From Lama guanicoe (lineage: Eukaryota): a DNA stretch of 64,000 nt. Under the pieces are notes generated by a model that ran no database searches, was not told the DNA's origin, and was given only the letters and a program-made list of their open reading frames with translations. A program made the translations under genes and the position numbers. Shown piece after piece: positions 1-11,300 of this stretch (within the stretch, counting starts at the first letter, position 1; the number at the start of each line of letters is the position of its first letter). The stretch spans positions 4,987,567-5,051,566 of the forward strand of contig MU053629.1 in assembly GCA_013239625.1 (NCBI GenBank), read 5' to 3'.

Positions 1-956
1 CACTTGAGTCAAGACTGTGATGGGTAAATTTCATTTTTCATTTTTTTCCCTTTCCATTTTGTCCTTAAGCACTATGTCCTTTAAACAGATTTTAAGATGT
101 CTAGTGTAAGCTGAATGTTTTTATGCATGGTTCATGTTTCTTACTAAAATCAAAATACTTGTGGTATTCCTCCATCTTATTAGATAATTCATTTCTTTAA
201 CGTTCAGTATTTCTAAGGTCTTTATCATTTTGGAACACATATTAAACAGAATTCTTTTTATTTTCCATGGTTAACCAGAAGAATTGAGAGATGAAGTAGA
301 GGTGGTTGTAAAGTAAAATGTTTGATTTACTGTGTATTTTTTGTCTGTCAATATTAAAATCCTGTTTGTTCTATGAGGCCCATTTCAAATGCTTTTTAAA
401 ACCTTTTCCATTAGTCTTTCTAAGATGTCACCCTTATATCTGCCTGTTTCTTCCCCTATCCAGATCAGTTTCACTTTGCTGCATGCTCTTACAGCATTTT
501 GTTGTTGTTAGTTCCTCAAAATGGTAGGGTCTGCTGTATTCATGTGTATATTTCCATAATAGCTAGCTGTGAACCTGTTATGTGGTAGTAGTTCAGTAAA
601 CATTTATTAGCTCTCCAATTTATTTAAAAACAATAGAGTCTTTTACTTTATTCTAATTCAGTGAATTTTAACTATTTTACATTCCAAACACAACTGTGGC
701 ACAGCATGTATCATAAACAGTAAATAGTGGCTTATGATGGGGATGGGAAATAGAGGAGGGAGAAAAGCAGTGTCCTTCCCTTTATTGTTCTGCCCCTGCT
801 CTGATCTCTGGTTGATTGATGACTCGGATATTTCATATACTCTATTTAAAATTTTTTCCTAATTATTAAAATACCACATGTTTGATGTAGAATCCATAGA
901 CACTGCTTTAAAGAATAAATTTTAAAGTATTCCTAGTGTGTTTTTCTAGTCAGTCT

Positions 957-996
957 TTGTTGTGTGTGTGTGTGTGTGTGTGTTTGTGTGCGTGTG
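957..996. repeat. (TG)n microsatellite
   Basis: Directly visible TG dinucleotide run with two interruptions. Confidence 0.95.
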
Positions 997-2939
997 TTTC
1001 TGCTTTTGAAGAGGAGAATCTCAAATATTAACTGACTTAACCCAGCAGGATCTTAGCCACATGTATTGATCCCGACTATTTCAGTCTTCATAGTGTATTG
1101 AGCACCAGGTGTTAGAGTGTACTTCGTTTGAAACATCTTATTTGCATAGTGTGCCACTGTTGGTGTTGATGAGCCAGGGATTTTACACAATTATGAAAGT
1201 CAGAAGGACAAGTAATTTTGGATTAAAGTATTTTGTTATGTCCATTTAAGGCAAGATATTTCCCCTTAGTCCTTTAATATTATTTTATTTAGAATAATAA
1301 AATTATTTAGAACATTTTTATTTTATATATATTCTTTAAGTTGGCCAGTATTAAAGCAAATAAAGGCAAAAACAAAATATTTCACAGTGACTGAAAGAAT
1401 AATAATCCTTTAGAATGTAGCATTTGATTTCAATTTTAAGTAAACAACTTCATTAATACTCAATTTTATATTTGTTACTAAGTTTATTTCTGTCTTCCTT
1501 GACTCAGGTAAATCTTCAAAGAGAAAGTACATTTTTCCATGTAGTGCCTGTACATATTTTTAATTGTTGCAGTTGTTTCAATGGCTAACGTGTAGAGAAC
1601 AGTTATTTTGCATTCATTTGGAGTAGTCATGTAAGTTTGGTAAACTGTCTCAAGGGTTTGCTTCATATGAAATTTAAACCAAATTGTATGTGCTCTAAGG
1701 ATGTCTTCCTTTTCAGGTTTTTAAAAATCTTAGATAATACATCAGAGTAAGTTCATATTCCGTGTCTATGGATTAGAGATGTCTCATAGATATAAGGAAT
1801 AATAATTGACTTTGAGTGTTGTTTCTAATGTTCGGATTCAGTGTTCTTCCAGCTGATTACTGAAGGATAGATATGCTATCGTCTGTTATCCAAATTGGAA
1901 CCAGTAGTTAATTGATAAAAGTGATGAATAATAAAAGTGATACATAATAATCTAAACATCTTACCTTAATGTAAAACATATTAATGTATATTTACTTGCC
2001 TATCTTTTCATGTTGTGGGTCAAGGTCTTTTCTTTGAGACCCTGATTTCCGAGCTTTAGCTTCTTTAAAGTGGAGAGAGAATTTAAAGGCTTTTGTGAAG
2101 CAATTTGAGTGCAGAATCTGTTAAAACGGGAGGAAAAAACTTTTATAGTTATGTCACTCACCTAATTCCATTGCAATTTTTTTTAAGCAGCTTGCTTTTA
2201 TTGGGTCTTTGCAGAGCATTTAACTTAGTTTTCATAAAAAGAGCAACTCTTTCCTTTTGCACTGTATTTCATAGATTTTGTAATATTTAAGTTTTATAAT
2301 TACAAGTGCAACTGGCATAAACAGGTCTGAGAATAAACACCTCTGGTTCTTGGTGAGCACACCAAGCGGTGTGAGCAGAAGTGCGCAGAAATACTGAAGA
2401 GTGGTCTGCTAGCATGAGCTGTCGCCTTGCTAGAGCGTAAGTCAGGATGGATAGAAGCAATTGGGAGCATCAGTAAATCCAGTTAACAGAACATCAATTA
2501 AGAGGGCTTCTACTGATTTTCTTTTGCACCATTCTTACCTAACTCTCCACAGACAATGAAATTAGAAGTTTATTTGTCCTTTTGCCTGAAAATATTTTAA
2601 GTGGTGTCTTTGGAGGAACAGCATAAATTATAATTTTTATGATGAAGTTCATTTTGTTTTGTTTTGTTTTTAAGAAATCTGCTTTCATCTCCCTGTCACC
2701 TCTTTGGGAGGGTTATAATGGAGAGAAGGATTGGGAGAAACAGGGAAGAAAGCAAATTATGTTTTTTATATTTGTAGTCTTACAGAACTCATTACAATTT
2801 CATTGTTTTTTCATTTAAGACAGTGACAGTAAATAACAAAGATAAAATGAAAAAACCTCAGGCATTTTCTTTTGTGTGTGTGTGCTTTGACAGATTACAT
2901 ACTTAAATTAAATTGTATATTCTTTTGTGATTTTTAAAA

Positions 2940-3160
2940 TTTTTAAGTGTACATTTTACTGGTATTAAATACGTTTGTTGTACAGCCATCACCACCATCC
3001 ATTCCCATAACTCTTCATCTTGTAAAGCTGAAATACCCGTTAATAGCCATTAAACAGTAACTCCCCATTCTCCCCTCTGTTCAGTCCCTGTCAGCTGCTA
3101 CTATATTCTAGATCTTTAAGTACATAACCTTTTGAGACTGGCTTCTTTTCATTCAGCATT
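2940..3160 (-). mobile_element. Old L1 3' end fragment (L1MA/L1MB-like)
   Basis: ttttaagtgtaca...gtacagccatcaccaccatccat...aactccccattctcccc is typical of an antisense L1M 3' UTR. Confidence 0.7.
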
Positions 3161-3175
3161 AGGGCGTTTTCTCTT

Positions 3176-3366
3176 TCTTCCCACCTTTTTTTTTTTTTTT
3201 AATTGAAGTTTAGTCAGTTTACAGTGTGTCAATTTCTGGTGTACAGCATAACGTTTCAGCCATACATATATACATACATATATTCGTTTTCATATTCTTT
3301 TTCATTATAGGTTACTACAAGACATTGAATATAGTTCCCTGTGCTATACAGAAGAAACTTGTTTAC
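3176..3366 (-). mobile_element. 5'-truncated lineage-specific L1 3' end with TSD
   Basis: Poly-T then ttgaagtttagtcagtttacagtgtgtcaatttctggtgtacagc...atagttccctgtgctatacag. TSD agggcgttttctctt (3161-3175) / agggcattttctctt (3367-3381). Confidence 0.85.
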
Positions 3367-5002
3367 AGGGCATTTTCTCTTAAATTTGATTTTTTACTAA
3401 AAATTGTCATTAAAATATTAGAAATTTATCTGTGAAGATTATCTCCTATTCTTGATCCTCCTAAATTCTAAGTATTCTAATAGTTTTTGCAAACTCTGTG
3501 CTACAGACTGAAGAATCTGAAATTCTGAGACAGTTTAGTTGGTCATATGGATGTCATTTTTCATTTGGTGATGAAACAAGTCACTTGCTTATTTTTTTAA
3601 GTCTTTGAAGGTGGCTTCTATTTAAGTTTTAATATTTGTCAAACAATCTTTCCTGTTAAACACAACAAATATCTGTTCTCTGGGTTACATATATTTTATT
3701 TTCCTGAGCTCAAGTAGTTCCAATTTGATGTGGTACAGTATATCGATAACTTTCTAGAGAAGACCAACAATCTAGATGTCTTGGGTTTATAGTCTCAATA
3801 TTTTAGAAAGCTAGGTCAAGCTCTTTCCTTTTTTAAGTAGAACATTTCTATATAGAAAATTACAATTCTTTTAGGCTTGGGAAGATGTATGAATAATTTA
3901 TGGAAAAGATTTGAATTAAATATATGTATATAAAAACTTGGTTTCTTGCCTTAGGAAACAAGGCAGCAGATGCTTCAGCACTCCTAAATAGTTAAAATGA
4001 TCCATCTTGTTTTGTGCAGTGCGGGTAAGGTTTCTGCTACATCTTAATAACATTGGTTACCAGTGTTTTCTGCCAACGGCTCCTCTGGCATTGGATTAGA
4101 TTTCACAGTTTCCTTCTCCTCTTATTTTTTATAATTGAGTTTGCCTTCCTCCACATGCCTAATAGCCAGTGCCTGGAGATCAGGTGATGCAAATCTAAGG
4201 ACGCAGGCTCTGATAAGTATTGGAAAGGGCATTCAAAGGTTTTATGATTCACTCTGCTCTGCTTTTAGAAAATTTGCCTTCTAACAATTTAACACAAGCT
4301 GTGCTCCTCTGTACTTGAATTTTGGGAAATCACAAGCAGTAATTTTTTCTGTAGGCGGATTTCTTCCCTAGAAACTTTTCTTCCTAATATGGCAGCTCCA
4401 GTTTCTGACTTTCAAAACAAAATCTAAGATTTACCTTCTAAGTCTGCATCCCCTTGTAGATAATATTCTGTCTTTTTAGCTGATAAGTTTAGTATTTTTA
4501 TTATTGTTTGTATAAGTGGCCCAGAAGCCTGAAGGCATCTGTTGTGTTTTAAATAAATGATTGTCTGTGTTCTTGAATGTTATCTTGGGAATTAAGAATG
4601 ATGGACTTTGTTGTTGTTGGGAAGGAATCTTGACAATCAGAATCAGTAAAGAATCCTGTATAATTGTAAACATGACACTAAAATTTTTTAATTGTGAGAT
4701 TAATTAACCAGCCATTTAGGTTCAGAAGCCAGCAAGTACAGTTTTACAGAGAAATCCAGCATATAAGATTTTACTGGAATAAAATTTAAAGATCAAACAT
4801 GTAGTATATATAATGTTTGAAATGGTAGCATTTTAGAATTTGCCGGTGGCTTCTATACCACTTTGTCTCAGTCTCCCCAGCACAACTGAGTTACCATACG
4901 AGTTGTAGACCAGCCAGCTGGAGGACTTGTTTGTGGTGATCATGGGAAAGGGAGGATGGTGCAACAAAGGAAGAACCCATGTTTGGCATTCCATTTCTTT
5001 CC

Positions 5003-5142
5003 CTTTTTTTTTTTTTAATAAAGATATTACTTATTTATTTTTTCTTTTTTGGGGGCAGTACTGAGGGTTGAACCCAGTGCATGCTAGGCACATACTTGTG
5101 CATGCTAGGCACATACTCTACCACTGAGCTGTACCCGTCCCC
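5003..5142 (-). mobile_element. tRNA-derived SINE (camelid vic-1-like) with internal 21-nt tandem duplication
   Basis: Reverse complement has A-box (cagctcagtggtagag) and B-box (gggttcaacc) plus an A-rich tail. gtgcatgctaggcacatact is repeated at 5077 and 5098. Confidence 0.85.
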
Positions 5143-5699
5143 TCTTTCCTTTTTTTTTTTTTAAATGAAATTTTGTTGATAGCTATCTGAGTGATTAGAA
5201 GGTAATTTTAAGCCATTCCCTTTCTTGAGCCATACGACTTCAGTGTTTCTAGTGCCTGCAGATGACCCCAATACTTTTGAGTGGGGATTAGTCATTCTAG
5301 TTCTTTGGTACTACTGCTGCTAAATTTAACACTAAAATGTAAATAAGCCTTAGATGTGCCAAAGATGGGCATTTTGCAGTGGAAAAGAAGCTAGATGTTG
5401 AATGTAGAATGAGAATTAAATCACTTCAACATAGGTAAGAATAAAAAGGCTGTTATTTAAAAAAAATTAATCACCTCTACTTCTCTGCAGTTCCTAGAGT
5501 TTTGTTTCAATGTTTATTTTGGTGCTGTATTTTTTAATATTTTATATCTGCTCTGAAATTTTATTTTAATTTTAAAATTAATGATTTTATTACAGAAGAT
5601 ATGAATTAAAGGGGAAATCACTAAAACTACTCTTAGCATTTTGTACTTCTTTTCACCACCTCTCCATGTAAAGTTAGCAATTTATGTTTACATACAATT

Positions 5700-6330
5700 T
5701 AAGAAACCTCAGGGATATGATGGATTTAATTATATAAAAATGTTAACCTCTTTGCATCAATTTTTAAAAAAAGCCCAAATGTAAAGGTAAATGCCAAATA
5801 AAAAATATTGGAATCAAAGGAAGGATATTAAGACTCTATCAGGCAAAATGTATGAAAACGTAAGTTATTAAAGGGGAAATGCAACTAGGAAACATGAAAA
5901 AATACTCAATTTCACTCGTTCTTAAAGAAAACTCAAAATAGGTCAGCAGTGAGGTTTTAAATCTCTTCTGTAGCTTGCATTAAAATATATATGTGTTTCT
6001 ATTAAGTATCGATGAGATTTATTGAAATGGTTGTTTACTGTTGGTAGCAATATAAATTATTACAGCTCTTTGAAGATACAGCTTGTCAGTAACTAGCAAG
6101 AGCTTAAAACTACATTTTGATCTATTAATTCCACCTTTGGAAACCCAAACCTAAGAATATTCATTGTAACATTATTTCTAGTATGAAAATTAGAAATAAC
6201 CTAAATATCCAATAGTAGAATAATATTTAATTAACATGTGGTATATTTACTATGTGGAATATTTTGAGGCTTGGTTAAAATTGATTGTAAGGTCTTTTAA
6301 TACATGAGTTGAGAGAAATGGGATACACAA
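5700..6330 (+). mobile_element. Highly diverged L1 (L1ME-like) ORF2 3' region
   Basis: Degenerate L1 motifs: aaacatgaaaaaatactcaatttcactc, actgttggtagcaatataaatt, aacctaaatatccaatagtagaa. Confidence 0.6.
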
Positions 6331-6349
6331 CTAAAAATTGTTACATACT

Positions 6350-6545
6350 CTAACAGGCATTAAGCTAGGGGTTTTATAACTGCTATCTCATTTAAGCCTT
6401 CAGACAGCTTTGAAAGGTTAGACTAATAGCCTAAATTTTATGAAAGAGGTAGTAACTGAGAACTGAAGAAGGTAATTCACAAAACTGAGGTGAAGGTGTC
6501 ATGATTTGAACACAAATTTGCTTCCAAAGCCAATACTCCTGTATA
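6350..6545 (-). mobile_element. MIR SINE relic
   Basis: atctcatttaagccttca...aactgag...gatttgaacaca...ccaaagcc matches the antisense MIR core. Confidence 0.6.
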
Positions 6546-6900
6546 ACATAATGTATTAAAAAAAAAAGTAGATTTTTAATTGTCCTTTAAAATAGTTTTG
6601 CAATCTTATAACATCTTTTGCTCTCTTTTATTTAGAGAAATCTTCTTGATTTTTTTCTGTAGAATTCTTTTGGAGAATTCTACAAATAGGATCACTGTGT
6701 TGTAATTTACTGTGTGGAGAACTACTGAAAGTCTTCTGTATTTCGTACATACATTGAAAGAGGGCTTGACATTTTAATTTACATGATAATCCTTACCAGT
6801 ACATACTGTAAATGGAGTTTTATTTCAGTAGATCAGGTTGGACCTGTGTGAAATTCACAGTACATATGATGAAATTTTGATTTATCACCTCTAGATCTTA

Positions 6901-7050
6901 GTATTTTTTTTTTTAGTTGACGTATACTCAGTTACAGTGTATTGATTTCTGGTGTACAGCATGTTTCAGTCATACATATACATACATATGCTTGTTTTCT
7001 TTTTTTTTCATTATAGATTACTACAAGATATTGAATATAGTTCCCTGTGG
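6901..7050 (-). mobile_element. 5'-truncated lineage-specific L1 3' end
   Basis: Same 3' end family as 3176-3366. Flanked by ctagatctt / ctagatttt. Confidence 0.8.
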
Positions 7051-7415
7051 CTAGATTTTTTTAAAGTGTTAAAATTATAGACCCCTCATTACTCAATACC
7101 TAAATATTTTAAAGAAAAATTCAATTTTTTCAGTCCAGTCTGTATTTCAGGTTTTTGCTAGATTCATTCTGTTGAAATTACAAGTATATGTAGTTAATCT
7201 CAAAATCTCGCTGATTTTCTAATATTTGATGGGAGCAAAACCTTTTTTGCTTTAAAGAAAATGATTTACAGCATTTTCTAAGATGTAGAGAGGCCTTAAA
7301 AATAAGATGCAGATTGTAAGACTCCTCAAAAATAGTGCAGAAAAAAATTACAAGTAAAATTTTTAAGTTCTTCTAAAATAACTGAATAAAAGAGAAGTGT
7401 AAAATTAACTTATAG

Positions 7416-7814
7416 CTTTTTCAGTCATCTTGGAGCCTGTGGAGGCTGCTGTCCAAGGCCATTTTTGCTGGCTGTAAGCAGGGTCTCTAGAACCAGAGGG
7501 AGCATACAGCTCTTCTTAAAATTGGAGGTGTTTATGCTTGAGAAGAAGCTGAATTCTATCTAGGCAAAAGCTGTGCTTATATGTACAAAGCAGAGAACAC
7601 CACACTAATTCCTGGTGGAAAACTGAACAAAACCAGAGTAATCTGGGGAAAGGTAACTTGTGCTCACGGAAACAGTGGCATAGGTTTGTGTGCGAATTCT
7701 GAAGCAACCTTCCTGCTAAGGCCATTGGACACAATCCATGTGAGGCTGTACCCCTCAAGGATTTAACTTTTTGAAAAGTTAATAAAAGTGTGAATTTGTT
7801 CTCTTGAAAAAAAA
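7416..7814 (+). pseudogene. RPL35A: Processed pseudogene of 60S ribosomal protein L35a (RPL35A retrocopy)
   Basis: Intronless translation [74 protein letters not shown]...LYPSRI*. Stops at 7488 and 7539 plus compensating frameshifts. AATAAA at 7781, A-tail 7807-7814, degenerate TSD aaaattaacttatag (7401-7415) / aaaatgaagttacag (7811-7825). Confidence 0.95.
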
Positions 7815-8399
7815 TGAAGTTACAGAGGATTCATCACTTATTTTATTGGTTAATTTTTTCTTTAGTTCTTACTTTTTTGCTAATTTTTATCCTTTCCATA
7901 TGGATCAAGCCACTGTAAAATATTCCAGAAGAACAAAGATTTTAATAAAGCATATTTTCAATTTTATGTGAATACTGATAACCATGAAAGTACAGTCTTC
8001 TCCATTCCGAGACTTTTTAAACAACATAAATATAAAAATAACTTATTTTTGATTTTTAAAAAAGTTTATGTATTTAACTAATGTTTGTTATTTTTGTGCC
8101 AAGCACCATTCTAGTTGCTAAAAGAAAAAAAGTTATTCAAGAGTTCATGATCTAGTAGAGGAGTCAAACATACATTAATTCATCTTAGAAAACACAAGGC
8201 AAAGTAAAATAAACGGCATAACCTAAGGATAAAAATTAAAGGGATTATGTTTACCAGGGATCATGAATTTAGCATTTTTGTCTTGTGGAGTAGTTGAGTC
8301 AGAATTACTGAGGATGCTTTAAAAAAAGAGATTTTCCACACCCCACATCTTCTGAATTGTATTTAACATCATACTGCATTATTATACACCTTTCCCACG

Positions 8400-11300
8400 T
8401 AGATCGGGTCATTTCTTTGAACTCCTACAGAATGCATCATAGTATAAGCATAAACTTAAATTTTCTCCTTTCCATGGATAGGTTCTTTTCTTTTCTTTTC
8501 TTTTCTTTTCTTTTCTTTTCTTTTTTTTGCTCCTCTACCAGTGAACATCCTTATATATGAGAATATATATGTTTGTACTTAAGTATTTCTTTACATTTAA
8601 AGTAGTTTTGCTAGGTCGAAGGATATGCATAACTCTAATTTGCTGTCAAATTGCATCATCCCTCTAACCCCCCAAAAGTTTATACTCCAATCAGCAACAT
8701 TCCTATGAGAGTGCCTCTCACCCACAGTTTTAGCGATAATTTAAATAATTTTTATAAACTGATAAATAGAAAGTCTTATTTTAATTTACATACATTTGCT
8801 TACTGCTGAAGTTGAACGTTTTAATGATTATTAATCATTTATAGTCCATGAATTGCTTGTTAATATTCTTTGCTCATTTTTCTAGTCTGTTTTTTTTAAT
8901 AATTGTTTTGTGCTTTGTATGTAATACATACTAGCCAACCCTCTGTTGTGTGTTATGTATTAAGTAGTTTACATTGATCTGTCACATATCTTACTATGTA
9001 ATTTATAGTATCTTTCATTTCACAGAAGTTGAAAACAATCAAGTTGTCCAGTCTGTTAATTATTACTTTTATGGTGTTTGTATTTTTAAATTAACAGCTT
9101 CACCCTGTTAAAGCATACAATTCATTGATTTTTGGTATATTCATGGAGTTCTGATTCTATCACCACTATTTAATTAAAAAATTATCATCACTGGAAAAAG
9201 AAACACCGTAGTGATTAGCAGTCACTCCCATTCATTGCTCTTCCCAGCTCCTGAAAACCGTTAATCATCTTTCGGTCTCTGGATTTGCCTAATCTAGATA
9301 TTTCATATAAATCACAGAATATATGGCCTTCAGTGACTGGCTTTCGCTTACCATAATGTTTTGTGTTCATCCATGTTACAGCATGCATAAGTACTTCATT
9401 CTTTTGCAGGTGTATAATTATTTTTAATGGGATGTGTATAATTTCCTTAACAATTTTTTTAAATTGTGGTAAAAGATTTTTCATCTTAACTGTTTTTAAG
9501 TGTACATTTCAGTAGTGTTAAGTATATCCACATTATTGTGCGACTAGTGTTGAAGTATATTCACATTGTTGTACAACAGACCTCTAGAATTTTTTTATCT
9601 TGTAAAACTGAAACTCTGTACCCAGTAAACAACTCCCCATTTCTCCTCCCCTCAGCTCCTGGTAACCACCATTGCACTTTCGTTTCTAAGAATTTAACTA
9701 CTTTAGATTCATCATGTAAGTGGAAACATATGATACTTGTCTTTTTGTGACTGGCTTATTTCCCTTAACACAGTGCCCTCCGGTTTCATCTGTTTTGTAG
9801 CTTGTGATAGGATTTCTTTCCTTTTTAAGGCTAGTATTCAATTGTATGCATGTATCACACTTGGTTAACCATTAATCTAGGTGGACATTAAGTTGTTTCC
9901 ACCTCTCGGCTCTTGCAAACATCTCTTTGAGATCCTCTTTTCAGTTCTTCTGGATATATATCCAAATGTGAGAGAGCTGGATTATGTGGTACTTCTATTT
10001 TCAATGTTTTGAAGAACCACCATACTATTTTCTATAGTGTCTGTACCATTTAATATTCCCACTAACAGTGTACGGGGGTTCTAGTTTCTCCACATCTTTA
10101 CCAACACTATTTTCTGTTTTTTATAATAGTCATAGTAACTGGTCTGAAGTGGTATCTGATTGTGCTTTTGATTTGCATTTCTCTAATGATTCATGATGTT
10201 GAGCATCTGTTCATGCACTTGTTGGCCATTTGTATATCTTCTTGAGAGGAATGTCTTTTTAAGTCCTTTGTGCATTTTTAAATTGGGTTGTTTTTCTGTT
10301 GTTGAGTTATGGGCGTTTTTTATTTATTCTAATGTTAAACCCTGATCAGATACATGATTTCCAAATATTTTCTGCCATTCTGTAGGTTGCCTTTTCCCTC
10401 TGTTGTTTCCTTTGATGTGTGTGAGTTTTTAAGCATGATGTAGTCCCAAGTGTCTATTTTTGCTTTTTTGGCCTGTCCTTTTGGTGTCATATCTAAGAAA
10501 TCATTACCAAATCCAGTATCATAAAGCATCTCCCTTATGTTTTCCTCTAGCAGTCTTATAGTTTCAGGTCTTCAATTCATTTTGAGTTAATATTTGTATA
10601 TGCTGTAAGGGAAGGGTCCAACATTATTATTTTACATGTGGATTTCCAGTTTCTCCAGCACCTTTTGAAGAGACTGTTCTTTCTTCATTTTGTGGTCTTA
10701 GCACTCTTGTCAAAGACCTTTTGACTTTATATGCAAGGGTTTATTTCTGGGCTCTTTTCTGTTCCCTTGATCTATTTGTCTGTCTTTATGTCAGTACCAC
10801 ACTGTTTTGATTACTGTAGCTTTGTTACATCTTTTAATACCAGGAAATATGAGACTTCTGATTATGTTCTTTTTCAAGATTGTTTTGGCTGCTTGGAGTC
10901 CCTTTAAATTCCATATGAATTTTAAGATAATTTTTTTCTATTTCTGCAGAAAATGCCATTGGGATTTTGATATGGATTGTATTAAATCTGCAGATCACTT
11001 TGGGTAATACAGACATTTTTAACAATATTAAGTCTTTCAATCCTTGAGCACTGGGTGTGTTTCCATTTATTTGTGTCAATTTCTTTCAGCAGTGTTTGTA
11101 ATTTTTAGCATTTAAGTCTTTTGCCTCTTTAGTTAAGTTTAATCCTAAGTATTTCATTCTTTTTGATGCTATAGAAGATGAAATTGTTTCCTTAATTTCC
11201 TTTTCAGATTGATCATTGTTATTGTATAGAAATGCATATAGAAATGATTTTTGAGTGTTAATTTTGTGTTTTGTGACATTCCTGGATTTGTTTAATTGCT

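Noticed and set aside
7581..7766. 61-aa [16 protein letters not shown]...LYPSRI as a functional RPL35A gene
   Set aside because: It is the residual 3' part of a retrocopy with upstream stops, no start codon and an internally frameshifted segment.
9513..9576. ~32-nt tandem duplication (tagtgttaagtatatccacattattgtgcgac / tagtgttgaagtatattcacattgttgtacaac)
   Set aside because: Local slippage duplication inside an L1 3' UTR; not an array.
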